Source: a virus. Taken from it: a stretch of DNA of 64,000 nt. The stretch is taken from the IMG/VR virus record IMGVR_UViG_3300031857_000076, positions 1-64,000 of that record; one strand, written 5' to 3'. Positions 1 through 8,795 of this stretch are shown here, piece after piece. Every line of letters starts with the position of its first letter. Position 1 is the first letter of the stretch. A model generated the notes under the pieces. The model saw only the letters and a list, made by a program, of their open reading frames with translations. It did no database searches and was not told the DNA's origin. The position numbers and the translations under genes were made by a program.

Positions 1-59
1 TGGAGTTCTGCGCTTGTGCGATTGAAGTTAGTGATGTTCTTGGGGTCAATGTGGTTCAT
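1..59 (-). CDS. 5' end of a gene truncated by the window edge (MNHIDPKNITNFNRTSAEL...)
   Basis: ATG at 59, 6 nt downstream of a TTGACG-N16-TATATT promoter; not in ORF track. Confidence 0.6.
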   Translation of the reverse strand, partial: MNHIDPKNITNFNRTSAEL

Positions 60-89
60 AGCAACAATATAATGCAATAAAAACTCCCG

Positions 90-260
90 TCAAATGATTT
101 CACATTCTTTTTTTAACGCACGAATAATTTCATTCTGCTCTGATTTGGTGCAACCGAGTTGTTTTAAATGTTTTTTAATGCGCGAGTAGGTGCGCAGACG
201 CGCCAAAACACCAAAAATACTCTTGTGGTAATTGAGCTTATTTGGCGAAATGTCGCTCAT
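90..260 (-). CDS. small hypothetical protein, 56 aa (MSDISPNK...)
   Basis: read by hand; open ATG..TGA, with the stop inside the next -35 box. Confidence 0.55.
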   Translation of the reverse strand: MSDISPNKLNYHKSIFGVLARLRTYSRIKKHLKQLGCTKSEQNEIIRALKKECEII

Positions 261-314
261 TTTTTATTTGCTTTAATAACGCTCACATTTATTACGGCAA
301 AAATCATTCATAAT

Positions 315-389
315 TGGCTCCCAAGGTAGGGGTCGAACCTACGACATCAAAATTAACAATTTCGCGCTCTACCTCTGAGCTACTTGGGA
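315..389 (-). tRNA. tRNA-Asn(GTT)
   Basis: reverse complement TCCCAAG...TGTTAA...GGTTCGACCC...CTTGGGAGCCA; cloverleaf with encoded CCA. Confidence 0.93.
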
Positions 390-416
390 TTATTAAGAAA
401 AATCGCGTTCATAAAT

Positions 417-492
417 TGGTTGCGGCTCTGAGAATCGAACTCAGGTTGCGAGCTTATGAGACTCGCCAGACTACCAAGCCTAGCCAACCGCT
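417..492 (-). tRNA. tRNA with CAT anticodon (Met, fMet-like acceptor)
   Basis: CTCATAA loop, TTCGATT T-loop, 3' GCCGCAACCA, 1:72 mismatch. Confidence 0.85.
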
Positions 493-898
493 ATGAGTTA
501 ATGCTGTTACGCTTTTCTCCCCAAACTATACCCAACTTTCGCCGCTGGTCAAGAGAAAAATTGCTCAAATTATGTAAAACACTTTCTGCGCCAAGTTTAA
601 ATGCAGTATTTAATGCCTGGGCCATTTGTTTTGCTTCTTCTCTAGTGCCGCAAACAACTCGGCGTTCCTCTGAATTGTCGCAAACAATGTATTTGCCGCT
701 GTTTGATTCAAAAATTTTATACTCATCAACTGGAAAGAACGGTGGAATTGTAATGTGTTCCTCATCTTCCTCTAAGCTCTCCCACGCTAGAGAGAATGCA
801 TCGCCCCTTTTGTTTTTGCAGCGACTGCATTTTTTTTCTTTTGTTGCGCGATGAATGTATTCTGCTGGCGCTCCGCAGAGCAGTGTGCTGCATCTCAT
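491..898 (-). CDS. hypothetical protein with CxxC motifs
   Basis: ORF track; downstream of the promoter at 983-1010; start uncertain. Confidence 0.55.
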   Translation of the reverse strand: MRCSTLLCGAPAEYIHRATKEKKCSRCKNKRGDAFSLAWESLEEDEEHITIPPFFPVDEYKIFESNSGKYIVCDNSEERRVVCGTREEAKQMAQALNTAFKLGAESVLHNLSNFSLDQRRKLGIVWGEKRNSINS

Positions 899-982
899 AA
901 ATGTTCTTATTTGGGTGAGAATGGTTCAAAAATTCTTTATTTGGCTGAAAAGCGTTCAAATTTTATCAACGCTTCTCTCTAT

Positions 983-1010
983 ATTATAGAGGGGGAAACT
1001 CTTTTGTCAA
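983..1010 (-). promoter_or_regulatory. sigma70-type promoter TTGACA-N16-TATAAT
   Basis: perfect consensus hexamers. Confidence 0.8.
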
Positions 1011-1739
1011 CGCATATTAAACAAAATCTCGCTCAAGAATCACAAAAGTATCAACAATCAGTGGCCAAACGGTTAAAAATAGTGTTTTACCCTGTGCAAA
1101 AACACACTTTTTGGGTTGTGGTGGTATTTTTATGATTTTTGGCGGGGGATTTTGCAGCGAAATTTGGGCCGTTTTGATTAAAAAAGGGCAATATTTAATA
1201 CATTTAAATTGCCGTGGAAGCTTTCTCCACCATTCTAATAACAAATCTCATCAAAAATGTTTGTTTTCTCTTCTATGTTTATCCCTTATATGTTTCTTAC
1301 ATCTATCTTGTATTCTACCTATACAGTGGTCAGTGAGCTTGGCACTATCTTACCCTTTAAAATCCAAACGCCCACAAGGGCATTTCTCCTTGATAATCAA
1401 GGAAAAACTCAGTCCTTCTTGGCACCAAAATTCTTTCTTTTCTTAGGGCGATATTTGGGCTTTTTGCGGCTATAAACTTTGTTGTTTTGAGGGAGTTTTT
1501 GAGGCTCTAAACACCGCAAGCATTTACTCAATTCAGACTCTCTTTCTCTCTTGCTTGTGAACCAGTAGGTTAAAAATTTACAAAGTAGCTTTCCTAAAAA
1601 TTTCATTTGTTGTTTTAATTGGTTTATAATAGCATTATAATATTACACAATGCGGCAAAAATGTGGAGATTCATTAAGAAATCATTACAAATTGCGCCAG
1701 GATGTTTTTTTTCGGGTGTTTTAAGGCATTATTTATTAT

Positions 1740-1901
1740 CTAATCTTTTCTCCTTGATGCTGCCAAACAGATTAAAAACAATAAAATTCCGCCAAAAATT
1801 GCCACACATACAGACTCGATTGAGTGTTCAGTTTCTTTTCTTTCGCGAGAAACATTCGAATGGGGAACGATTCGAATATTGGAGTGGTGAGGCATGTTCA
1901 T
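1740..1901 (-). CDS. small membrane protein, 53 aa
   Basis: read by hand: MNMPHHSN...VAIFGGILLFLICLAASRRKD; C-terminal TM plus basic tail. Confidence 0.5.
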   Translation of the reverse strand: MNMPHHSNIRIVPHSNVSRERKETEHSIESVCVAIFGGILLFLICLAASRRKD

Positions 1902-1905
1902 ATCT

Positions 1906-2127
1906 TTACTCCAAGCAAAGATTCTCTTCCGTCATTCTTTGAAAGATGAAAGCTCGCACGCTTTCAAGGTTTCTAACTGTTTCAGAGTTTAAATCATTAT
2001 TATATTTTAAATCATGGCGAAGATTTTCGAGCGTTTCGTTCACAATCATGCGCCATTTCCAGCCGTCAAGGGCTGTTTGATGCTCTCCAGAGTCTTGCGG
2101 CAGTTCAAATTCAAGAGTTGCTTTCAT
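1906..2127 (-). CDS. conserved phage hypothetical protein (MKATLEFELP...)
   Basis: ORF with TTGACT-N16-TATAAT promoter at 2134-2161. Confidence 0.75.
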   Translation of the reverse strand: MKATLEFELPQDSGEHQTALDGWKWRMIVNETLENLRHDLKYNNDLNSETVRNLESVRAFIFQRMTEENLCLE

Positions 2128-2157
2128 GTTTTTATTATAGTGATTGCCTCAAGTTAG

Positions 2158-2397
2158 TCAAGAGATTTTATCATGATTTTTAAGGTGTTCAGCCATTTTA
2201 ATCATTGCTTCTGCCAGTAGCAAAGCCATGTCTGGAGGAATAAATTCCATTTCTCCATCACTTTTTTGCAAGCAAACACAGTCTAAACCATCAGGGTCAT
2301 CGCAAACAATAAATGTTTTTATTGGCGGGTCAGTAGTGTGGTCAAAGATTTCGTATTTGGGGGAGAGGGAGTATTGTTTCATTTGTTTTCTTTCCAT
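2158..2397 (-). CDS. hypothetical protein
   Basis: ORF in tightly packed minus-strand run. Confidence 0.6.
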   Translation of the reverse strand: MERKQMKQYSLSPKYEIFDHTTDPPIKTFIVCDDPDGLDCVCLQKSDGEMEFIPPDMALLLAEAMIKMAEHLKNHDKIS

Positions 2398-2564
2398 TTA
2401 AATTCAACTTCTTTAGTTCCTGCGACAATTTGCCACTCTGCAAAACCTTTGTCAACAAGTTCTTGCCGCCAAGAGTCTGAACAAATGCACCAACTAAGCA
2501 CGCCTCCAAAAATCAGTGCCATTGTTGCTACCATCGCAAAAATAATAGGACTATCTTCGTTCAT
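2379..2564 (-). CDS. small membrane protein
   Basis: N-terminal TM; ATGA overlap with upstream gene. Confidence 0.65.
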   Translation of the reverse strand: MNEDSPIIFAMVATMALIFGGVLSWCICSDSWRQELVDKGFAEWQIVAGTKEVEFKWKENK

Positions 2565-2797
2565 TGATCTATTTGTTTTTTAACAGTTTTAGGAATTAAA
2601 CACCAGCATCCTTGAGAGTCTTGAACGATTTTCCACTGACAGGTTGCTTCTGCGCCAAGAAAGATGGCATTTTCAGCATATTCGCCAAAGTAACGCAAGC
2701 TGATCATGGAATCATAGGGGCGAAATGCGTCATTGATTCTGCTCAAAGAAGCGTTCTCATTGAGTTTAGAGAGAGCTTTGGTCGGCTGTTTGTTCAT
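2561..2797 (-). CDS. hypothetical protein
   Basis: TTGACA-N16-CATAAT promoter at 2804-2831, 6 nt before ATG. Confidence 0.7.
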   Translation of the reverse strand: MNKQPTKALSKLNENASLSRINDAFRPYDSMISLRYFGEYAENAIFLGAEATCQWKIVQDSQGCWCLIPKTVKKQIDQ

Positions 2798-2847
2798 GCT
2801 CTCATTATGGAGAGGTCTTGGCCGCTGTCAAGATTTTTCTCAATATA

Positions 2848-3894
2848 TTATTCCAGCGTGCTAAATCTACCTCTCGAACTAATTACTCTATCAACTTCAA
2901 AAGTGATATATTTTAAACGCTCCATTGTGCGATTAAAAAATGGCGTATGCGTAATCACTTCAAGAGTGTATAAGCCATCTGCTGATGCATAATTTGATAA
3001 ATCATTAATAGTTAATGTTAAATTTTGAGGTATGTTTGTAGCTTCGTCTGTTTGGTTGTAATAAGAACCAAATTTTATTTCGGTTCCGTCCACTATTTTA
3101 CCTTTAGTTCCAAGAACTTGATTGCCTTTATAAATCTGGATAAAGGTATGAGAATCGGGATATAAGTGATTAAATTCAATAATAATAGAAGGAATGCGAT
3201 CAATAAAAACCTGTTTAGGTGTGATGTTATTTATAGTGGCAGAAGCTAATGGCCAAATTTCTATTTTAGGCTGCGCTAGAACAGTATCAGGAACATTGTA
3301 GGATGAATAACGAACAAATGTAAAAGTTTGTTCTCCATTGCCTGAACTTATTGTTGGTGAAGTAAGCTGATGATACAATGGATTTAAATTATATGTTCCG
3401 TTTGTAAGATTGCTTTCTTCAATCAAATATTGTTCTCTGTTAAGAGAAGAGTATGTTTTTGCATCATAATTTTTACCTTGAACATTAAAATATATATATT
3501 TTGTTGTTAATTCATTACCCGCCAATCCTTGAACTTGTATATTAACAGCAAACGGACGATCTGCGCGAGTGCGTTTAACATAAGTTAAGCTATTCGCTTC
3601 ACCTTTTAAGTAAGGGTCTTCCGAAACAATGTCAACAACCACTTGCGGGTTATAAGTTCCAACTATTTTAGTGTCAAGCAAATAAATATTATTGTCCCAT
3701 GCTGTGCCGCGAGCAAAGAGTTCAAACATTGCCCCTTCTTTGTTTATTTTTAGCGGAGTTATGTATTTGCCGCTTTTTTCATCAATAAATGTGTCGTAAA
3801 TTTGTCCAGTGGATAAATCGGTTTGACGCACCCAAGATTCCGTGTTTTGTGCGAGCAATGATACAGTGAGCAAGCAAAAAAATAATATTTTCAT
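2848..3894 (-). CDS. secreted beta-rich protein, Verrucomicrobiaceae-like family (SEDPY...RTRADRPF motif)
   Basis: signal peptide MKILFFCLLTVSLLA; motifs recalled from Luteolibacter-type hypothetical proteins (not searched). Confidence 0.6.
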   Translation of the reverse strand: MKILFFCLLTVSLLAQNTESWVRQTDLSTGQIYDTFIDEKSGKYITPLKINKEGAMFELFARGTAWDNNIYLLDTKIVGTYNPQVVVDIVSEDPYLKGEANSLTYVKRTRADRPFAVNIQVQGLAGNELTTKYIYFNVQGKNYDAKTYSSLNREQYLIEESNLTNGTYNLNPLYHQLTSPTISSGNGEQTFTFVRYSSYNVPDTVLAQPKIEIWPLASATINNITPKQVFIDRIPSIIIEFNHLYPDSHTFIQIYKGNQVLGTKGKIVDGTEIKFGSYYNQTDEATNIPQNLTLTINDLSNYASADGLYTLEVITHTPFFNRTMERLKYITFEVDRVISSRGRFSTLE

Positions 3895-3895
3895 T

Positions 3896-4468
3896 TTAAT
3901 CTCGGATGACTTTTATAGAGGCTTCTGGGTTGCTTTCACCTTCAATTGCTAAATTGCCAAGATTAAAAATAATTGAACCAGTTGGAATTGGCGGGTCTTT
4001 TTGATACTCTCCTAAAATATTAAAAACTCCATTTGGTTTATGCGCGTTTCCCTCTCCACTCCATTTCAAAACAATTTCAATCGGATGATCGCTTGATTGA
4101 AAAACAGCGGCAGGATAAATTAATAGTGTTTGTATCGGAGATAGATTAAAATCTTGAATATTGCGAAACTCAAGCAATCCAGCTTTTTCAAATTCTTTTG
4201 CACTACTTGAAACGGAGGCTTTTAAGTGAAATTGACCACCATTACCAGTTATGCCAGAATAACCTTGAGCACCTAGCGTATCGCCTTTAGCTTGAATACC
4301 ATAAAAAATAAATCTATATGAATTTGATAATGTGTAATCAATTTGAAATGGAACCTTAGTAGCGATTCGTGAGCCAATACTTATGCCAGGCGCTCCGAGC
4401 AAAATATCAGCATAAGCTGTTGTGACGCTTGCTGTCAGTAAAAAAAATAACGTAAGCAATGTTTTCAT
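3896..4468 (-). CDS. secreted hypothetical protein, possible divergent paralog of 2848..3894
   Basis: signal peptide ending AYA. Confidence 0.65.
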   Translation of the reverse strand: MKTLLTLFFLLTASVTTAYADILLGAPGISIGSRIATKVPFQIDYTLSNSYRFIFYGIQAKGDTLGAQGYSGITGNGGQFHLKASVSSSAKEFEKAGLLEFRNIQDFNLSPIQTLLIYPAAVFQSSDHPIEIVLKWSGEGNAHKPNGVFNILGEYQKDPPIPTGSIIFNLGNLAIEGESNPEASIKVIRD

Positions 4469-4472
4469 AATT

Positions 4473-4724
4473 TTATTTTTTCTTCCAAGATACTATTTTA
4501 TTTAAATACTTTTTGCGTTTTGAACACCCACACTCTTTGAGGTTAAACCAAGATTTAAACTTTTCTTCTGTGATGCCAAACTTTGTTAGCACGTTTTCCA
4601 CCAAGTCTCCCAAGCCAGTTTCCTCAACAACATCGAGCGAAATGTTTTGAGCTTCAAGGTCTTTGATGACCTCATCCATTTCTTTTTGAATTTTTAAGTT
4701 TGCTTGTTGCTCTTCTGGAGTCAT
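4473..4724 (-). CDS. conserved phage hypothetical protein (GLGD...CGC..RK motif)
   Basis: ORF and motif. Confidence 0.7.
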   Translation of the reverse strand: MTPEEQQANLKIQKEMDEVIKDLEAQNISLDVVEETGLGDLVENVLTKFGITEEKFKSWFNLKECGCSKRKKYLNKIVSWKKK

Positions 4725-4725
4725 G

Positions 4726-5199
4726 TTAAAGATTGTTAACGAAAAATTCGCGATAGTTTTTAACTTCGCGGCTGTTTAATTTCTTACTATCATTATAATC
4801 ATGATACATGATAAAATCCACACTTTCTGCATGTGGCAAAGCAAAAACATGACCAAATTCATGCAGTGCGGACGATCTTAGATCATATCCAATGCCAAGC
4901 GTTTTGCGCCAGCCACCAACATGCCATTTTTCGCGACTGTCAAAAGAGATTTCCCAACGACGAGGGTTTCGAAAAGCGCGGCACTCTGCGATTCTGTTGG
5001 GGTTGAGTTTTTTATCTATTTTTTGATCAAAGCAGATGCGTATTTGAAGTTCGCCGCTTCCTTCTTTTAGCTCTACTAATCCTTTCATGCAAAGATTCCA
5101 CTCGTTCGTAGCGTGGCGGATAGCAGAAAGAATTTGCTCATGGGATAGGTTCTTTGGCTTCCAGAGAGGTAAATAAGTCCAGTGAACAATGTCGCTCAT
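4726..5199 (-). CDS. matrixin/M10-like zinc metalloprotease
   Basis: HEFGHVFALPH zinc motif plus Met-turn (FIMY); start moved to 5199 because the longer ORF overlaps tRNA-Leu. Confidence 0.85.
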   Translation of the reverse strand: MSDIVHWTYLPLWKPKNLSHEQILSAIRHATNEWNLCMKGLVELKEGSGELQIRICFDQKIDKKLNPNRIAECRAFRNPRRWEISFDSREKWHVGGWRKTLGIGYDLRSSALHEFGHVFALPHAESVDFIMYHDYNDSKKLNSREVKNYREFFVNNL

Positions 5200-5231
5200 G
5201 AATTTATTTACACTAATAATGTTGAAAATAG

Positions 5232-5315
5232 TGCCGATAGCCAGGCTCGAACTGGCAAGGAGTTTCCTCCAGCAGATTTTAAGTCTGCTATGTTTACCTG
5301 TTTCATCATATCGGC
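5232..5315 (-). tRNA. tRNA-Leu(TAA)
   Basis: GCCGATA/TATCGGC acceptor, GCAGA-CTTAAAA-TCTGC anticodon arm, long variable arm; followed by CTA, not CCA. Confidence 0.9.
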
Positions 5316-5372
5316 ATTTCAAAGATCAAAAGTTTTTTAACTTCTAGCGGCGAACCGCCTTGTAACAACTCT

Positions 5373-5400
5373 ATTATGCCTTGGCTTTAGTGTTTGTCAA
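5373..5400 (-). promoter_or_regulatory. sigma70-type promoter upstream of tRNA-Leu (TTGACA-N16-CATAAT)
   Basis: sequence; followed by a GCGG-TTCG-CCGC hairpin. Confidence 0.7.
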
Positions 5401-5645
5401 AGGTATTTTGACAAATGTTTGTAGCAAAGAAATTTATAGCCTTCTGGAGTGGGCGTGCCTCCACTAACGGGATTGATGCAGTCGTCGCTGTCGCAAAGAG
5501 CCGTGAATCCTTCTTCGCATTGCTGGCAGTGAGGACAGCCAAAGATTTCCGCTCCCTCAATAAAAGGATGGGGAGCGACTAGTTTTTCCGCTGGGAAATT
5601 AAATATAATTTTATCGCACGAACGGCATTGGAATTTGTTCTTCAT
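5397..5645 (-). CDS. Cys-rich putative zinc-finger protein
   Basis: CRSC, CPHC, CDSDDC, CYKH. Confidence 0.7.
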   Translation of the reverse strand: MKNKFQCRSCDKIIFNFPAEKLVAPHPFIEGAEIFGCPHCQQCEEGFTALCDSDDCINPVSGGTPTPEGYKFLCYKHLSKYL

Positions 5646-5673
5646 AGTGTATTATCTTTTGAAAGGAGTTTTT

Positions 5674-6096
5674 ATGATTATTCTCGTCACTGGCAAAAGC
5701 GGAGCAGGCAAAACATATTTCTGCAAGAGATTCTTGGAGCAGTGTTACGCTGCGCATTTTAATAACGATTATATTCGTAACCTCACTAAAAATCAAGACT
5801 TCTCAATGGAAGGCCGCATTCTCGCGGCAAAAAACATGAGAAAAGCTATTGATGAAAGCGATGCTAGAGTGAAACTGGTTGATATGATTTGCCCAACAAA
5901 AGAATTGCGCGAAATCATTTCTCCTGACACAATCGTTTACATCAAAACAGATTGCCCGTCAAAATATAGCGACACTGATGCTCTTTATCAAGAGCCGTCA
6001 ATTGAAGAAGCAAAATACTTCTTTAGCTGCTATACTCGCAAGACTGATCAGCTTGTTGATCGTGTTGTGTATTGGCTTCAAAAGGGCCATCACTAA
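5674..6096 (+). CDS. cysC: adenylylsulfate (APS) kinase-like P-loop kinase
   Basis: GKSGAGKT P-loop, D.IR, DFSMEGR, ICP and YQEP motifs of CysC; GGAG SD upstream. Confidence 0.7.
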   Translation: MIILVTGKSGAGKTYFCKRFLEQCYAAHFNNDYIRNLTKNQDFSMEGRILAAKNMRKAIDESDARVKLVDMICPTKELREIISPDTIVYIKTDCPSKYSDTDALYQEPSIEEAKYFFSCYTRKTDQLVDRVVYWLQKGHH

Positions 6097-6175
6097 GCTC
6101 TTCTGCGCCTTCGATTTCCCAAGGTTGAATGGGAAGATACTCGTATTCGGTATTTTGGTCGTTGTTGTTCATAAT

Positions 6176-6532
6176 TTATTGATTTAAAAGTTCACTATTC
6201 TCAAAAATATTACCAATTACTTCATTATGCTCTTGCGCCAACATTGCAACATTATCCCACTCTTCGCATGGATAATATTTAATTTTAGTATAAAAAATCC
6301 AAAAAGTATCAAAGCCAACAACGCAAATTTGTGGCCCATCATTTAAGCAGATACCAGAAACAATGTCGCCTTCGTAAATGTCTTTTCCATGTTTGTCCTG
6401 CAAGCCAGTGTATTGTTGAACAGGATATTTGTGTTGATACAGGTAACGATCTGAGTAATCGAAATTACCCAAGGTAAAATAACAAAACTTCTCATGATCG
6501 GGAATATAGACTCGAAATTTTAGTTCTCTCAT
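6176..6532 (-). CDS. YopX family protein
   Basis: MRELKFR...QYTGLQDKHGKDIYEGDIV...EVIGNIFEN. Confidence 0.9.
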   Translation of the reverse strand: MRELKFRVYIPDHEKFCYFTLGNFDYSDRYLYQHKYPVQQYTGLQDKHGKDIYEGDIVSGICLNDGPQICVVGFDTFWIFYTKIKYYPCEEWDNVAMLAQEHNEVIGNIFENSELLNQ

Positions 6533-6533
6533 A

Positions 6534-7046
6534 TTATTTTAGGAGATCAGGGGTTTCAAAGATGTTGCCAATGACCTCATATCTATGCGATGCACCAGTC
6601 ATATTTTCAATATCATCATATCTCTTGTGATCATAAGACCAGCAAAAGCTTGGAAAAAGGAAAATAATTTCACCAACAAAATCACCATCTTCGATGAGTT
6701 TTGAACTGAAAACATTTTTGCGTTCTTCAACAGAAACTACATGGCATCTGCTGTACTTAACAATATCGCCTTCGTAGATTTCAGCATTGTTCTTGTCTTT
6801 CAAGCCAATGTATTGCTGGATAACATAACGAGAATCTTTTACAATTTTCCCACCCTGCATGTAATAATCAGGAGCAGGGGATGCAGTGTATTTGTCGCCA
6901 TGATCGCCGTCAATTGCACCAATGTAATCAACTAGTTTACCTGTGAAGGGGCAAATGCTCCAATTGCTGAAACAGTGCAAAGAACAACTGTTCTCCAGCC
7001 AAGTTTTGTTTTGTTTGTCCCAAATGCGAAATTTTAGTTCTCTCAT
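6534..7046 (-). CDS. YopX family protein (tandem paralog)
   Basis: MRELKFR...QYIGLKDKN..IYEGDIV...EVIGNIFE. Confidence 0.9.
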   Translation of the reverse strand: MRELKFRIWDKQNKTWLENSCSLHCFSNWSICPFTGKLVDYIGAIDGDHGDKYTASPAPDYYMQGGKIVKDSRYVIQQYIGLKDKNNAEIYEGDIVKYSRCHVVSVEERKNVFSSKLIEDGDFVGEIIFLFPSFCWSYDHKRYDDIENMTGASHRYEVIGNIFETPDLLK

Positions 7047-7148
7047 GTTATTTTAAATAAACATAAATTAGACCCAAAACAAGCAAAATCCACATTATGA
7101 TTGTGGGCCAACCATCCATCACTTCATTGTTTGGGTTATTGTATCCGC

Positions 7149-7409
7149 TCATGCCTTTAATCTATACTCGATTTCAATTTCCACAAGCTCAAATTCATGA
7201 AAGTTTAGTGCAGCATATCGCTCACCATTCATGGTACTGCGCAGCAAGTCTTCTTCAATGATGTTGCGAGCATTGTAAAGCATACCTTCTGGTGAAAATT
7301 CATCAACAAGATGCATATATACATCCCAATTACTGATGAATGTTTCTAATACAACCCACTTGCCCGTTGGCTTGTGACGGTATGCGAATTTTGTTTCAGT
7401 GTGAATCAT
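7149..7409 (-). CDS. hypothetical protein
   Basis: ORF with ATGA coupling. Confidence 0.65.
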   Translation of the reverse strand: MIHTETKFAYRHKPTGKWVVLETFISNWDVYMHLVDEFSPEGMLYNARNIIEEDLLRSTMNGERYAALNFHEFELVEIEIEYRLKA

Positions 7410-7636
7410 ACTTTTGTTATAAAGAATCTCCTTTGACAGCTTGGTTGATTGTATCCTTCTACATGATCAGGGAAATAAATTTCATCCTCGTATAGATCAA
7501 TTGTTTTTTCGTATCCATCAAGCCTGATTCGATGCATTTTGTATTTTCCAACGAACCATGATTTGATTGTTTCTCCAGTATGACCGAAGAAAAATTTTGG
7601 GGTAGAAATAATATCAACTGCGATAGCGACTCTCAT
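7406..7636 (-). CDS. hypothetical protein
   Basis: promoter at 7648-7675. Confidence 0.65.
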   Translation of the reverse strand: MRVAIAVDIISTPKFFFGHTGETIKSWFVGKYKMHRIRLDGYEKTIDLYEDEIYFPDHVEGYNQPSCQRRFFITKV

Positions 7637-7671
7637 ATTATGACTTTACTGTAGAGAGATTTCTTTGCTTG

Positions 7672-7980
7672 TCAAATGGTTTTTTGCTTGGAAAGTTCCT
7701 GCATTTTTACCTCAATAAATGCTTTCATGAGCTTGTTTAGCTCTTCGCTGTCACCACCATATTCTGCGCCCAACACTGTGAGCAAGTTGCTTTTGAACGA
7801 TGACTCTGCGAGAGAATGCACCCATTTCTCAACATCTTTTACGTTGATGGGCTGCACAATCTGCACTTTGTTCATTTGATTGATGGGGCTTTCGTTCCAA
7901 AAACACCAAATAAAAAGTGTAACAAATGCGGTGCCAATCATGGTGATTAAGATGCTGGATTGAGTTTTTGATTCGTTCAT
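7672..7980 (-). CDS. membrane-anchored hypothetical protein
   Basis: N-terminal TM; TTGACA-N16-TATAGT promoter at 7986-8013. Confidence 0.7.
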   Translation of the reverse strand: MNESKTQSSILITMIGTAFVTLFIWCFWNESPINQMNKVQIVQPINVKDVEKWVHSLAESSFKSNLLTVLGAEYGGDSEELNKLMKAFIEVKMQELSKQKTI

Positions 7981-8009
7981 TCCAAACTATAGAACGAAAA
8001 TCTAACTTG

Positions 8010-8762
8010 TCAACAACTTTTTTGAATTGAATCAAGCTCTGCAAGCGAAATCATTGTAGCTCCTGCGGTTTTGTCATAGTAGGCTGTTTCGAGCCATTTT
8101 TCGCGCCAAAAGATTTTGCCGCTGACTGATTTTAAACCTTTTTTAATGTCTTCGTCCGAATATCCTTTGAGTTTTAGAATCGGCGCAAGAGGCGCAAAAC
8201 TTGGTGCTAGTGTTGGCGGAGGACTGTTTGTGTATTTAAAATCTTTGATCAAGTCAATCACCCAAGGCTTCTGAACCTTTGTGCCAGGGCATGTTTTGGT
8301 TGTGCGTGGGTCGTCACGATGAAACAATACAGTTTTATCATTCACTGGCAGTTTGAGCCAATCTAACAGCATTTTTGTTGCGGCTGCTGCTGTTTTCCAG
8401 CACTCGAAACCTCTACCTTTCTTGGGGTCTTCGTTGTCGTAGTCTCCAAGCACTTCAATGCCCAAAGCGGTGCGATTAAAGCTAGAAGCATGAACGCCAG
8501 TTTCAGTTAATGGAGTCATGCCCCAAACTTGATCGTCATCAATGAATAAATGTGGTGCGCTGCGCCAACCTAATTGATTGGAATAGTAGTCTTTGAGGTT
8601 TTCCAAGTGTTTTGCTAGGAAACCATCTGGCCTTTGATTCAGGGAAGGCGCGGCTGTATGATGGAGGCAAACAGATTTAGCCCAAGTTGGAGCTTTAATT
8701 CCATTTAAATATTGAGCGAAACCGCTCACGGTCCAAACTTTTCCAGTGTTGCTAAAAGACAT
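8010..8762 (-). CDS. N-acetylmuramoyl-L-alanine amidase (probable endolysin)
   Basis: Amidase_2 motifs LHHT, GVHA, GIEVLG, FHRD...KTCPG. Confidence 0.85.
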   Translation of the reverse strand: MSFSNTGKVWTVSGFAQYLNGIKAPTWAKSVCLHHTAAPSLNQRPDGFLAKHLENLKDYYSNQLGWRSAPHLFIDDDQVWGMTPLTETGVHASSFNRTALGIEVLGDYDNEDPKKGRGFECWKTAAAATKMLLDWLKLPVNDKTVLFHRDDPRTTKTCPGTKVQKPWVIDLIKDFKYTNSPPPTLAPSFAPLAPILKLKGYSDEDIKKGLKSVSGKIFWREKWLETAYYDKTAGATMISLAELDSIQKSC

Positions 8763-8795
8763 ATACTAATAGTAACAAATTGGATGATATTTTAA

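Noticed and set aside
314-496. ORFs overlapping tRNAs (314..496, 19069..19254, 5' extension of 4726..5322)
   Set aside because: They are antisense or read-through translations of tRNA genes
1740-1901. PEP-CTERM sorting signal
   Set aside because: It has a TM segment and basic tail but no VPEP motif next to the TM
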